Shown piece by piece: positions 1-10,163 of a stretch of 49,879 nt of DNA. This DNA comes from Thermodesulfobium acidiphilum (lineage in GTDB: Bacteria > Thermodesulfobiota > Thermodesulfobiia > Thermodesulfobiales > Thermodesulfobiaceae), in the NCBI RefSeq assembly GCF_003057965.1, contig NZ_CP020921.1, forward strand, positions 1,724,916 to 1,774,794, given 5' to 3'. The translations under genes and the position numbers were made by a program. The notes under the pieces are model-generated. The model was given only the letters and a program-made list of their open reading frames with translations. It was not told the origin of the DNA and did not search any database. Position 1 is the stretch's first letter. Each line of letters starts with the position of its first letter.

Positions 1-1755
1 ATCAAAAACAAGACAGAAATAGATCTTAAAAGGTTAAGTGATCTTTTATCAGTAGAAATAGTTCCTACATCAGGAATAAAAGGAATTGGCATAGATGAAC
101 TTAAAAGAGCAATATACAAAACTGCAAATGAAAGAAATTTGCCAAATATTCTCTTTGAAGAAGAACTTGACAAGAGGTTTAAACGTATAAAAGAGATATT
201 ATCTGACAGAAGAGAAAAATTAGGTTATCCCCTATCCTTTGTAGCTGCAAGGATTCTAGAAAACAACCAGCAAATGATAAGCGAATTAAGTGACAAAAAG
301 CTTCTTGATAAAAGCGTTTTGGATTATGCCGTTGGCAACACAACATATATTGAATCAAGATATAAGCTTATATCTTCGATATGTAAAAAAATTTTAAAAA
401 GACATAAAGATAATAATGAATTAACTCAAAAAATTGATGCAATACTTTTAAACAAATTTTTAGGTTTGCCACTATTTTTTATTATGATGTTTATAGTATT
501 TAAACTCACCTTTGATCTGTCAAAACCATTTGTAGACTTCACCGGTTATTTTATAAATGATTACGTTGGAAAGTATACAATTTATCTCCTATGGTTTTTA
601 CCAGATATATTTAAATCTCTTATAAAGGAAGCTATCATAGGCGGTGTAGGTTCGGTAATAAGTTTCTTCCCACTAATAGGAATTTTCTTTTTATTTATAT
701 CAATTCTTGAAGAAAGTGGTTATATGACAAGAGCAGCTTTTCTTATTGACAAGATCATGAGTTCGATTGGATTAAGCGGCAAAGTATTTATTCCTCTTAT
801 ACTTGGTTTTGGATGCAACGTACCTGCTATTTATGCCACAAGAGGCCTTGATTCCCAAAAGGATAGACTCCTTGCTGGCCTTATGATACCACTAATGTCT
901 TGTTCAGCAAGACTGCCAGTATATCTTTTGTTTACTGCTGCTTTTTTCGAAAACTTCAAGGAGTTAATAATACTTGGATTATATTTCCTGGGCGCTTTTA
1001 TAGCAATAATACTTGTCATATTGTTACAAGTTTCAGTTCCCTCTTTAAAAATGGATTCTACGCCGTTTATATTAGAATTACCGCCATACAGAATCCCTCC
1101 TTTAAAATTTCTCTTAAAACTCACAGGTTTTAGAGTAAAGTCTTTCGTAAGAAAGGCTGGTTCTGTAATACTATTCACAATGATACTTGTGTGGAGCGTA
1201 AACTCTTTGCCGTACAACGCACCTAGTGGAGAAAGTTACCTTGCACAGGGTTCAAAAGCAATTTCATTTATATTTGCGCCTGCTGGCTTTGATAAATGGG
1301 AAGCAGTTGCAACTCTTTTGCCAAGCGTGGTTGCTAAAGAGGCAGTCATTGGAACTCTAGGACAAATACTCGAAGGAGAACGAGTAAGTTCGGGCTCAGT
1401 AAAAGATTCAGAAGAATACAATTTTTCAAGTGATACTTTAAAAGTAATTGTAAAATTTAAAGATTCTTTTATTGAAGCCGCATCAAATCTCTTAAATTTC
1501 TTTACAATTACATCATTTCAAGAAAAAGAAAAAAATGAAGGACTCATAAACAGGTTAAAAACTTTATTTACGCCGCTTTCAGCTCTATCCTTTATGATAT
1601 TCATTTTACTCTTTGTGCCGTGTATTGTTACTATTAGCGTCTTAATTCAAGAATATGGTATAAAGTGGACTATCTTTGAAATCTGTATATTATTGGTAAT
1701 TTCATATAGCGTTTCTACCTTAGTTTACCAAACCGGGAAATTATTTGTACGTTGA
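1..1755 (+). CDS. feoB: Ferrous iron transport protein B (5'-truncated by window edge)
   Basis: Frame is open from base 1 (..EIVPTSGIKGIGIDELK.., end of the G domain), so the track start at 139 is internal. Membrane-domain motifs LEESGYM, GFGCNVPA, CSARLPVY, FILELPPY and PC. Confidence 0.95.
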   Translation: MKNKTEIDLKRLSDLLSVEIVPTSGIKGIGIDELKRAIYKTANERNLPNILFEEELDKRFKRIKEILSDRREKLGYPLSFVAARILENNQQMISELSDKKLLDKSVLDYAVGNTTYIESRYKLISSICKKILKRHKDNNELTQKIDAILLNKFLGLPLFFIMMFIVFKLTFDLSKPFVDFTGYFINDYVGKYTIYLLWFLPDIFKSLIKEAIIGGVGSVISFFPLIGIFFLFISILEESGYMTRAAFLIDKIMSSIGLSGKVFIPLILGFGCNVPAIYATRGLDSQKDRLLAGLMIPLMSCSARLPVYLLFTAAFFENFKELIILGLYFLGAFIAIILVILLQVSVPSLKMDSTPFILELPPYRIPPLKFLLKLTGFRVKSFVRKAGSVILFTMILVWSVNSLPYNAPSGESYLAQGSKAISFIFAPAGFDKWEAVATLLPSVVAKEAVIGTLGQILEGERVSSGSVKDSEEYNFSSDTLKVIVKFKDSFIEAASNLLNFFTITSFQEKEKNEGLINRLKTLFTPLSALSFMIFILLFVPCIVTISVLIQEYGIKWTIFEICILLVISYSVSTLVYQTGKLFVR

Positions 1756-2369
1756 CTTTTTTTATAGTTTTCCCAAAAAAGTGGTGAGACAGCAAAAACC
1801 AAAGAATAAACTATTTTAGAACCTGATCTGGTTAATTCTTTGTATGCACTTCTTAAAGTCGCTCCTGAAGTTATAACATCATCAATTAATAGCACTCTTT
1901 CAGGACTTAATTCTGCTTTAAAACAGTCTTCAACATTAAGGCTTCTTTCACGAAAATACAAAAGATGCTGTTTTTTTGTCTCCCTTATCTTTTGAAATTT
2001 ATATATAGGAAGTCTCTTTTCTTTAGAGATATTGCTTACAATTCTGTCAAGATGGGAGCGTCCAAACTTGTCATCAGGAATACACGAAAGATAAAATCCA
2101 TCAAATTTTTTATCTTTTAGAAATCTCAAAACTAATTTAGATATCTCTTCCATTGCTATCGAGTCTGATTTTGCTTTTATTACTAAATCTTTAAATTTAT
2201 CCTTATATATACCAATAGAAAAAGATTTTTTAAAAGGAGGATAAAAAAACTCAAAGGCTTTTTCAAACGTTGAACTACAGTTTGAACAAACATATTTAAG
2301 ACTCAAATCGTCACACAAAATACAATGCCCCCCAAACAGGAGGGCAAAAAAATCTTTTAAGATTTGCAA
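1725..2369 (-). CDS. comF: ComF family protein (Zn-ribbon + phosphoribosyltransferase domain)
   Basis: N-terminal CILC...CSNC and PRPP-binding motif LLIDDVITSGATL. Overlaps the feoB 3' end convergently. Confidence 0.85.
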   Translation of the reverse strand: MQILKDFFALLFGGHCILCDDLSLKYVCSNCSSTFEKAFEFFYPPFKKSFSIGIYKDKFKDLVIKAKSDSIAMEEISKLVLRFLKDKKFDGFYLSCIPDDKFGRSHLDRIVSNISKEKRLPIYKFQKIRETKKQHLLYFRERSLNVEDCFKAELSPERVLLIDDVITSGATLRSAYKELTRSGSKIVYSLVFAVSPLFWENYKKSQRTNNFPVW

Positions 2370-2391
2370 GGTTAAACTCTGAATTTAAAGT

Positions 2392-3585
2392 TTAATTTAA
2401 ACCCTTTTTGAGCTCATCAACCTTATCTAACTTTTCCCAGGTAACTCCCAGATCAACTCTACCCATATGACCATACGCAGCAAGTGGCCTATATATAGGG
2501 CGTCTAAGATCTAATTGATTGATGATAGACCTTGGTCTAAAATCAAAAATATCTTTAACTAGTTCTTCTATCCTTTCCTCTGGCAGATTATTAGTACCAA
2601 ATGTGTCTATCATTATTGAAAGCGGATTAGCTTTTCCTATAGCATAAGACACTTGAATCTCAACTCTTGACGCAAGTCCTGCTGCTACAATGTTTTTTGC
2701 TACATATCTTGCATAATATGCACCAGATCTATCAACCTTTGTAGGGTCCTTACCAGAAAATGCTCCTCCTCCGTGTCTGGCCATGCCTCCATAGGTATCT
2801 ACAATTATTTTTCTACCAGTCAAACCAGAATCTCCTTGTGGACCACCAATCACAAACCTACCAGATGGGTTAATTAATATCTTCATTGAATCATCCCTCA
2901 AATTCTCTGGAATTACTGGCATAATAACCTTTTCTACTACCTCTTTTTCAATTTCCTCATTCTCAACATCTGGTTTGTGCTGAGTAGATATAAGAACAGT
3001 ATCAACTCTTATTGGTCTAAAACCCTCATATTCTACAGTAACCTGTGTTTTACCATCAGGTCTTAAGAAAGGGATTATTCTATTTTTTCTGACAAAAGCT
3101 AACCTTTTGGCTAAATTATGGGCAAGTGTAATAGGGAGCGGCATATATTCTTCTGTCTCATCACAGGCAAATCCGTATACCATACCCTGATCTCCTGCCC
3201 CAAGTTCTTCTTCAGGCGCACTAACTTTTTCACCACGTTTTTCCAAAGCCACGTCAACTCCATGAGCTATATCGGGCGATTGTGGATCTATAGAAGTCAG
3301 AACTGCACAAGTTTCGCTATCAAATCCGTATTTTGCCCTGGTATAACCGACCTCTTTAATAGTCTTTCTGATAATACTAGGGATGTCTACATACGTCTTT
3401 GTAGTGATCTGCCCAACTACTAACACCAAACCTGTAGCAACAGTGGTCTCAGCTGCAACTCTCCCAGTTGGATCATCTTCTATAATTGCGTCAAGAATGG
3501 CGTCGGAAATCTGATCTGCAATTTTATCCGGGTGGCCTTCTGTAACGGATTCTGAGGTGAAAAAATAATGCTTGTTTTGGATCAA
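2392..3585 (-). CDS. metK: S-adenosylmethionine synthetase
   Basis: [19 protein letters not shown] and GGGAFSGKD signatures; TTG start with GGAGG RBS. Confidence 0.98.
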   Translation of the reverse strand: MIQNKHYFFTSESVTEGHPDKIADQISDAILDAIIEDDPTGRVAAETTVATGLVLVVGQITTKTYVDIPSIIRKTIKEVGYTRAKYGFDSETCAVLTSIDPQSPDIAHGVDVALEKRGEKVSAPEEELGAGDQGMVYGFACDETEEYMPLPITLAHNLAKRLAFVRKNRIIPFLRPDGKTQVTVEYEGFRPIRVDTVLISTQHKPDVENEEIEKEVVEKVIMPVIPENLRDDSMKILINPSGRFVIGGPQGDSGLTGRKIIVDTYGGMARHGGGAFSGKDPTKVDRSGAYYARYVAKNIVAAGLASRVEIQVSYAIGKANPLSIMIDTFGTNNLPEERIEELVKDIFDFRPRSIINQLDLRRPIYRPLAAYGHMGRVDLGVTWEKLDKVDELKKGLN

Positions 3586-3703
3586 TTTTTGTACCTCCTG
3601 AAGATTAAATTTTAATTCACATTATCAAATATTTATAAGAAAATTGCAAGCATTACAATTCATTCGTGGCAATTTAAGAATTATATTCAAGTAAATCCAA
3701 AAT

Positions 3704-4954
3704 TTATTCTGTTGACCAGTTATTAATAGCGTTATTTATATCGGGCCAAATTTCAGGAATCAAATCAGAAAGAACTTTCCCTTCTTCAAAGAGAATTTGC
3801 TTTCTGGTAACCCACGTTTCATTTTGATGTAGGCGAAAGGATATTTCTTTCTTTATATTGTCTGACCAAACCATTTTACCCTCTACGTCAATAAGCTTAA
3901 AATTCACGTCCATAAGAATCTTTTTTTTAGGAGATAAAGACAAAAATCTTCCGATCCACCAGGAACCACCAAAGGATGGTAAACTCAAAAGATCAAGAAC
4001 CGCTCCAGGGCTTGACGCTATTGGCTGAGGTAACAAAAGAGGTTGAGGGAAGTTTGGAACGTGAGAAATAGTTGTAACCAAAAAGAGCGTTTCTTCAGGC
4101 CTAAATCCCATTTTATCTGCTATAAAGGCCCTTGAATCAGTAGACATATCCGCAGGATTGAACGCAGCAACGTCTTGAAAGGACAAAAGCATGACATCAC
4201 TTTTGTACTTTTTTAAAGAATCTACAAACATCTTCATAGGGAAAGGTGTCTCTTCATAAGAAGCAAGATATATTCCATTTTTTGCTTGAGGAGGAAAAAC
4301 TATAATTGATGGCACAACTCCTAAAGTTTTTCTCCCAAGAGGATAATATGGAGCATTTAGTGCTCTAACTCCAGATAAAAACGGCTTTAGTGCAACTTTT
4401 ATCTCGCTGTGTAAATATTTAAGATAGTTGACTTCTCTGAATCTTTGAGGAAATCCACCTGGTAAATATTTAACAGGGCCAGAATTAAACGTTTTTATAT
4501 TCCTTTGAGCAACTCCATAAATTAAGTCCCCCGTCTTTGCGTTATAAATTCTGATTTCAAGCCAAATATTTATTTCATACTTATCAAAAATTAAATTTGG
4601 AAGGTTAACTATATCAACAAGGTGTATAATTGGCAAGACTACTATATCATCATTATTAACATTTCCCAAAGCAAAATATGCACAAGACATAATAAATTCT
4701 TTATTTATCCCATTAAATTTCTTTTCAAATAATTTAACATCATCAGCGTCCATATATTTAAGGGAATATCCTGGGAGCGTATTATCAAACGCTCTTATTT
4801 GTGATTCAGAATATCCGGGATCTTCATCCAAAAAAGTTGTCTCAGCAAGATAAGGAAGTATTACAGCCTTTTTCTCATTAGCAGGACTTGCATTAGCTTT
4901 TAAAACTAAAGCACAAAAAACTAAAAACGCTAGTAACAAAATTTTTAATCTCAT
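3704..4954 (-). CDS. Secreted hypothetical protein, probably two tandem alpha/beta (CsgG/LpoB-like) domains
   Basis: Signal peptide MRLKILLLAFLVFCALVLKANA; two similar end motifs LEIRIYNAKTGDLIY and VNFKLIDVEGKMVW. The fold call is inference. Confidence 0.55.
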   Translation of the reverse strand: MRLKILLLAFLVFCALVLKANASPANEKKAVILPYLAETTFLDEDPGYSESQIRAFDNTLPGYSLKYMDADDVKLFEKKFNGINKEFIMSCAYFALGNVNNDDIVVLPIIHLVDIVNLPNLIFDKYEINIWLEIRIYNAKTGDLIYGVAQRNIKTFNSGPVKYLPGGFPQRFREVNYLKYLHSEIKVALKPFLSGVRALNAPYYPLGRKTLGVVPSIIVFPPQAKNGIYLASYEETPFPMKMFVDSLKKYKSDVMLLSFQDVAAFNPADMSTDSRAFIADKMGFRPEETLFLVTTISHVPNFPQPLLLPQPIASSPGAVLDLLSLPSFGGSWWIGRFLSLSPKKKILMDVNFKLIDVEGKMVWSDNIKKEISFRLHQNETWVTRKQILFEEGKVLSDLIPEIWPDINNAINNWSTE

Positions 4955-5117
4955 ATTAGTATTTTATCAGAAAAAGTTAAAAATCAATTAAAATATATGT
5001 TAACTATTCTGAATATTTAGAAAAATTTTATTTTTTTAGTATACCAGGAGATTAGATGTTAAAATTCATTAAATATTATAGTTAAATTATTTCATTTGAA
5101 AATCATAGGAGGAATAA

Positions 5118-6215
5118 ATGTCTTCAGAAGAAAGGTTAAAGGAAGCAATAAATTATTTTGGAGAAGAAGAGCTAAAATTATCAAAGTTACTTACAGAAGA
5201 AGAAAAGAGATGGATATATGATTTTTTTGATAAACTTTCAAAAGAACTCGATTTCGCCGTAACAATATCCGATCCGGAGGGAACTCCTGTTATACCTCCA
5301 ATAAATCATTCTGACTTGTGCGGGAAAATTATACGAGCTACAGAAAAGGGGTTCACACGATGTAAACAAGAAGCAGCAAAGCGTGGCAAAGATGCAATGG
5401 AACAAGGCAAGCCACAATATTACTTTTGTCATGCAAATATTCAAGACTTTATAGTTCCAGTTCTATTATATGGAAAAAGAATAGGAAATATTGCAGGGGG
5501 ACAGTGTTTGCCCAAAGAACCCGATAAAGAAATGATAGAACACTTTAGAAAGTATTTTACTGAAATTGGGGTAGAAAACATAGAAGAAGCCCTTAAAACT
5601 TTAAAAACTGCCCACATAAATTCAAGAGAAAGAATAGGAAATTTTACTATAATGTTCGACGCTCTTGGGAAAATTATCTCAAATTATCTTATGTTTCAAG
5701 TCGAAGCAAAGATAGAAGAGATGAAATTATTCGAAACTATAGACAAAAACCAAAAAATATCTTCTTCCTTAACCCAAACACTTAACTCACTATCAGCAAC
5801 TTCTGAAGAATTAGCCGCTTCAAGTGAAGAAACCGCTGCCATTGTCAACGAAGCAAGAAACAAATTGGACGAAACTGAGGCTATAAATACTTTTATCAAA
5901 AAGATTGCAAATCAAACAAGACTACTTGGTTTAAATGCTGCAATAGAAGCATCCAGAGCAGGTGTACATGGTAAGGGATTTGGAGTTGTGGCAAGTGAAA
6001 TACAAAAACTTGCTACCGAGTCTATGAAATTTGCCAATAAAATAAACGAAACATTAACTGAAATAAATATATCAGTAAAACAAATTCTCGAAAGCTCTCA
6101 AAATATAGCTAAAGTATCGGAAGATCAAGCAATATCTATAAATGAGATATCAAAAGTAGCAGAAGAATTATATGTAATTTCAGAAAAACTTTTAAAAATA
6201 AGAAATGCTAAATAA
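5118..6215 (+). CDS. Soluble methyl-accepting chemotaxis protein with N-terminal PocR sensor domain
   Basis: PocR-type pattern (SDLC...RC...YFCHAN...VPV...GGQ); MCP hairpin [37 protein letters not shown]; no TM segment; AGGAGG RBS. Confidence 0.85.
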   Translation: MSSEERLKEAINYFGEEELKLSKLLTEEEKRWIYDFFDKLSKELDFAVTISDPEGTPVIPPINHSDLCGKIIRATEKGFTRCKQEAAKRGKDAMEQGKPQYYFCHANIQDFIVPVLLYGKRIGNIAGGQCLPKEPDKEMIEHFRKYFTEIGVENIEEALKTLKTAHINSRERIGNFTIMFDALGKIISNYLMFQVEAKIEEMKLFETIDKNQKISSSLTQTLNSLSATSEELAASSEETAAIVNEARNKLDETEAINTFIKKIANQTRLLGLNAAIEASRAGVHGKGFGVVASEIQKLATESMKFANKINETLTEINISVKQILESSQNIAKVSEDQAISINEISKVAEELYVISEKLLKIRNAK

Positions 6216-6818
6216 TTATTTTTTCTCCAATTTATTATATAGTTCATGAAGTGAATCATAAAAACTTTCATTTGGATCCTTACATACCAAATTTTTCATA
6301 AATCCAGCCAGGGTACCAGCGCTTTGATCGTCGACCACGTCAACTTCATCCGGCCTATAAGCGGCTGTATACCCAAGGCCCCATATCAGGGCGTATCCTA
6401 CAAGGTCGTCAGAGGTTGTATCATTTGCATCAAGGGAAGTCAAAAACGCTTTACATGTATACTGTTTTGGATTAAATATTGCTACATCCTCACCATTCTT
6501 TGAACTTCTTACATATTTAAAAGTAAAATATTTTCTGATAAATTCAACAAAAGATGTGTTCAAATTTTGAGAGCAGCTTTCATTCAAATCATTAGCTAGA
6601 GACTTTAACATATCGCTATTCAAAGACATAAGGCTTTCATCTTTAAAAGTTAGAAAACCCCAGGCCCATAATGTCTGCAAAGCTACGCTACCAGAATCAT
6701 TTGAATAGCTCTGGACAAAATCCTTACAAGTATATATGTTTGGGTCGAATCCTTGAGCAAAAACAGTAGAACTAAAGATCAGGAAAAAAAATAAAAACAA
6801 TAGTATTATCTTTTTCAT
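6216..6818 (-). CDS. Secreted protein with two tandem HdeA/HdeB-like chaperone domains
   Basis: Signal peptide ending VFA; repeats FDPNIYTCKDF..LWAWGF..SCSQN and FNPKQYTCKAF..IWGLGY..VCKDP match the HdeA/HdeB TC-x-x-F..W..C-x-x-(N/D) pattern. Confidence 0.65.
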   Translation of the reverse strand: MKKIILLFLFFFLIFSSTVFAQGFDPNIYTCKDFVQSYSNDSGSVALQTLWAWGFLTFKDESLMSLNSDMLKSLANDLNESCSQNLNTSFVEFIRKYFTFKYVRSSKNGEDVAIFNPKQYTCKAFLTSLDANDTTSDDLVGYALIWGLGYTAAYRPDEVDVVDDQSAGTLAGFMKNLVCKDPNESFYDSLHELYNKLEKK

Positions 6819-6839
6819 TTTTTGCTCCCTCTTTTGTAT

Positions 6840-7190
6840 TTACGGCTTTATATATGAAAACCCTAAATCTTGAAGTCTTACAATCTCGGTAATACCTGCT
6901 TTAACAACCTTAGCCCAATCAAATACCACTTTCTTATCTATCTTATAAAAACTTAGAGCGTTATTGCAAAATTCAAAGGTAACCCTCTTTTCAGATAACT
7001 CTTTCATATTAAGCTCAAGTTCGCCCCTTAATTCATTTGTTAAAATTAATACACCTGCCGAGTTAGCTACAACCCTTATATCGAACTCACTTTCACCTGA
7101 TATATCGTTAATAAAATTATTAATATTCTTTAAAGCAACTGGCCAATCTTCTAACTTTGAAACGTGAAAACATACTTTGAATAGATTCAT
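6840..7190 (-). CDS. DsrE/DsrF-like family protein
   Basis: KVCFHVS..VVANS..FCNNAL..AGITEIVRLQDLGFSYIKP pattern. Confidence 0.85.
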   Translation of the reverse strand: MNLFKVCFHVSKLEDWPVALKNINNFINDISGESEFDIRVVANSAGVLILTNELRGELELNMKELSEKRVTFEFCNNALSFYKIDKKVVFDWAKVVKAGITEIVRLQDLGFSYIKP

Positions 7191-8167
7191 CTTAACAAAC
7201 CTCCGTGTCCAGAATGTCTAATCATCTCAAAGGTAATCCTCAAACCAGCAAAAGCAAGCTGTCCAAACAAGTCAAATGCCCCTGGTTCGAATCTCAGTGC
7301 ACCACCAGGAATACCAAAAATTGGAATATCATTAAAATAGGCCACAAGGAACATTGCACCAGGTGAAAGTGGCGCACCATAACTTACTACAGCTGCACCA
7401 GATCTTCTTACTCCTTCAGCAGAAACGTCATCTGGACTCATCCCACCAGTTATAATTATAACCTGAGCTTTATTTTGAACAAACTTTAAAATAGTATTAG
7501 AAATTAAATCAGGATCATCTGGTAAACATTCCCTCATAAATACTTCAGAATTAAACTTTGCTACCTTACTCACAATTAGCGGGGTAAATGAATCCTCTTT
7601 TCTACCATAATAAATCTCTGATCCAGTAACAATCAGACCTACTTTCATGCTTATAAAAGGATGAAGAGTTAGAACTTTCCCAAGATTTTTGCACTCACCC
7701 TCAATTAATTCTATTTCTCTTTTCTTTACAACTAATCCTTGAACCTTTGCTTTTGCAACAATTCTACCTTCTTCAACTACAGTATTGCTTTTAAGAGTAG
7801 CCACAAAGGTATCTCCTCTTGAGTTTATAGCATCGAGTTGCCTTACCCTAACTTTAAAAAGTCCCTTTTTTGTTGCAATCACATCAGCCCAGGCTTCACC
7901 AGGCATTTTAACAATCAGATTATCGCCAGATATCGCCCTTGCAAGCCTTAAAGCAGCCTCATCTTCATGAAGTTCGTCTTCAGCAATTTTTAAATCCCAT
8001 ATAAAATCTTTGCCGATCTCTTTCAAAATAGGTATATCATCGGCAGTAATGACATGCCCTCTTCTAAAAACAGCCTCTTTGTGCTTGCCAGGAATAATTC
8101 TCGTTAGGTCATATCCTAGTGTCATTCCAACACTTTCTTCAATTGGCACCCTTTTAGAATGATACAC
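7187..8167 (-). CDS. Molybdopterin-binding protein (MoeA-like, MoCF_biosynth domain)
   Basis: DLTRIIPG..FRRGH N-terminus; TGSE, TGGMS, PGAMF and GIPG motifs. Confidence 0.85.
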   Translation of the reverse strand: MYHSKRVPIEESVGMTLGYDLTRIIPGKHKEAVFRRGHVITADDIPILKEIGKDFIWDLKIAEDELHEDEAALRLARAISGDNLIVKMPGEAWADVIATKKGLFKVRVRQLDAINSRGDTFVATLKSNTVVEEGRIVAKAKVQGLVVKKREIELIEGECKNLGKVLTLHPFISMKVGLIVTGSEIYYGRKEDSFTPLIVSKVAKFNSEVFMRECLPDDPDLISNTILKFVQNKAQVIIITGGMSPDDVSAEGVRRSGAAVVSYGAPLSPGAMFLVAYFNDIPIFGIPGGALRFEPGAFDLFGQLAFAGLRITFEMIRHSGHGGLLR

Positions 8168-8168
8168 T

Positions 8169-9332
8169 TTAAACCTCCAAAGAAAATTCGAATACCTTTA
8201 CTTTAGTTCCTGTATCCTGTGGTGGGCCAGGATTTAACATAGCAATATGGGTCATATCTCTAAAACCCCTAAGAGAATGGCTGTGTTGTGAAAATTTTTT
8301 GAAATAAAATTTATTGCCAATCATAGTACCTCTTAAAAATCTTACTTCTTTAGAAGACTTATTAAAGGCCTCGCCAAGCACGCTCTCAAAAGATTTAAAC
8401 CTATAATCCTGGCCAGAAAGCAAAAATATTAAGGGCCTTATAAAAAGAAAAAATCCCAAGGCAGCAGCCCAAACGTTGCCAGACAAACCAAAGTAATAAG
8501 TTTTATGTTTCTTAAAAGCCATTAAAGACTTACCTGGTTGCATTTTTACTCTCCAAAAAATTGGATCAAATATTTTTTGGACAACAGGGAAAAGGCCGTC
8601 ACTAGAATCAAATGATGCATTCCCAAAAGAAATTATAATATCTGAATCATCCAGCGCTCTCTTCAATTCATCTTCAATCTCGTAATTATACCTACATATG
8701 AGGTTTCTTTGAATTTTTATATGAGGCCTTTTTAAAATTGCTTCAAATGTTGGCGTTAAAAAATCTTTATACAAACCTTCTTCCTCACAACTTACAAGTT
8801 CTTTTCCTACTGCAAGTAAAGATACCCTAACCTTTTCAAAAACCTTTACTTTAGTCTTATTAACTCTACAAAAAGTAGCGAAATCAAAGGGAGAGATCTT
8901 CGAACCATTATAAGAAACAATTGATCCTGCTTCATACTCTTCGCTTTTTTTAAATATGTTTCTCCCCTCTAAGGGTATTTTTTTAATATAAACAATATCA
9001 GAACTTACTAAAGTGTCTTCAATCAGAACCACAGCATTGCTCCCATTTGGGAGAATTGAGCCTGTAGAAACCTTTACAGCTTCGTTTTGAGAAATTTCTC
9101 CTAAAAAGGGGCTGTCTGTTCTAGACTCACCAATTATTTTACACCTGTCACTACATGGTAGTTTTATTGCAAAACCATCCATAGCAGCCAGGTTTCTCGC
9201 TGGTATATCTTCTTCTACTTTAACATCTTCAGCTAGTATTCTGCCTATTGAGTCCCTGATAGGAACATATTCTGTTTTCAAAAGAGGAGCATTTTGCAAT
9301 ATTAATAATTTAGCTTTCTCAACGTCAATCAC
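8169..9332 (-). CDS. moeA: Molybdopterin molybdenumtransferase MoeA (divergent)
   Basis: GRILAED, AAMDGFA, STG, PGK and GLSGN motifs; several are degenerate. Confidence 0.8.
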   Translation of the reverse strand: MIDVEKAKLLILQNAPLLKTEYVPIRDSIGRILAEDVKVEEDIPARNLAAMDGFAIKLPCSDRCKIIGESRTDSPFLGEISQNEAVKVSTGSILPNGSNAVVLIEDTLVSSDIVYIKKIPLEGRNIFKKSEEYEAGSIVSYNGSKISPFDFATFCRVNKTKVKVFEKVRVSLLAVGKELVSCEEEGLYKDFLTPTFEAILKRPHIKIQRNLICRYNYEIEDELKRALDDSDIIISFGNASFDSSDGLFPVVQKIFDPIFWRVKMQPGKSLMAFKKHKTYYFGLSGNVWAAALGFFLFIRPLIFLLSGQDYRFKSFESVLGEAFNKSSKEVRFLRGTMIGNKFYFKKFSQHSHSLRGFRDMTHIAMLNPGPPQDTGTKVKVFEFSLEV

Positions 9333-9379
9333 ATTAAATCCCTTTCTCTATATTTAATGATCCGATCAAAATTTTTGTT

Positions 9380-9931
9380 CTACGAACTAATTCTGTCAGA
9401 TTTTTTTAATATTACGTGATAAATTGAAGGCGTTAGATCTTCCATATGAATCAGATCAAATCCTGAAAATATAAGCGTACCCAACAATAGATCTTCCTTT
9501 ACCCTAACTACAGCTGGCGGTCCAAAATCTTCTTTCCTTTCCTTTTTCCACTCAATTACCGATAGTATCCCTGTAGATTTTAACCAATTGTTTATCTTTT
9601 TCAAAATTAAAGGAGCATCTTCTAATTCGTGATATACAGACGACATTATTACAAGATCAAAATATTCTTGCTGAAACTCTAAATCTTCAAAACTCGAATT
9701 AAGAACAATTAGGTTGTTTATATTTTCACTTTTTGCACGATTTAACATTACGTTTAAAACATCAGCATTTTTATCAACAGCAAATACCGTCCCCTTAGGA
9801 AGCATCTTTGCACATGGTATAGAAATTGCTCCTACTCCACAACCAAAATCTAATACCCTTAGATCGTCTTTAATTATTATTTCTTCTAAAACCCTATTAA
9901 CGTCTATAAACTGTGATATGTCCTTGTACAA
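9380..9931 (-). CDS. Class I SAM-dependent methyltransferase
   Basis: VLDFGCGVG, VFAVD, YHEL and EW..GPP motifs. Confidence 0.9.
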   Translation of the reverse strand: MYKDISQFIDVNRVLEEIIIKDDLRVLDFGCGVGAISIPCAKMLPKGTVFAVDKNADVLNVMLNRAKSENINNLIVLNSSFEDLEFQQEYFDLVIMSSVYHELEDAPLILKKINNWLKSTGILSVIEWKKERKEDFGPPAVVRVKEDLLLGTLIFSGFDLIHMEDLTPSIYHVILKKSDRISS

Positions 9932-10163
9932 TTCTAATACCCTCCTAGAAAACTCTTTAACATTATAACGCTAAAAACTAAATTGTAGTTTTTAAACAAT
10001 TTATTAATAAATTTTATTACTTTATAAACAATATTCAAACCTGATTCGAGTTTTTAGAACACTTTATTACAGTCTTATTTTATAATTTAGTTATCTTATA
10101 AAGCAATCTATAGTATTATAAAATATATGATTTTTAAAATAAGATCTCTAAGGAGCTTGAAAA

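Noticed and set aside
3586-3703. Possible SAM (S-box) riboswitch before metK
   Set aside because: Short AT-rich region with only a TTGCAA-N17-GATAAT promoter-like match and no S-box core.
7156-7172. TGAAACGTGAAAACA as a parS site
   Set aside because: Poor palindrome inside a coding sequence.
9932-10163. Possible TPP riboswitch before thiM
   Set aside because: No CTGAGA or other TPP core; the region is plain AT-rich sequence.
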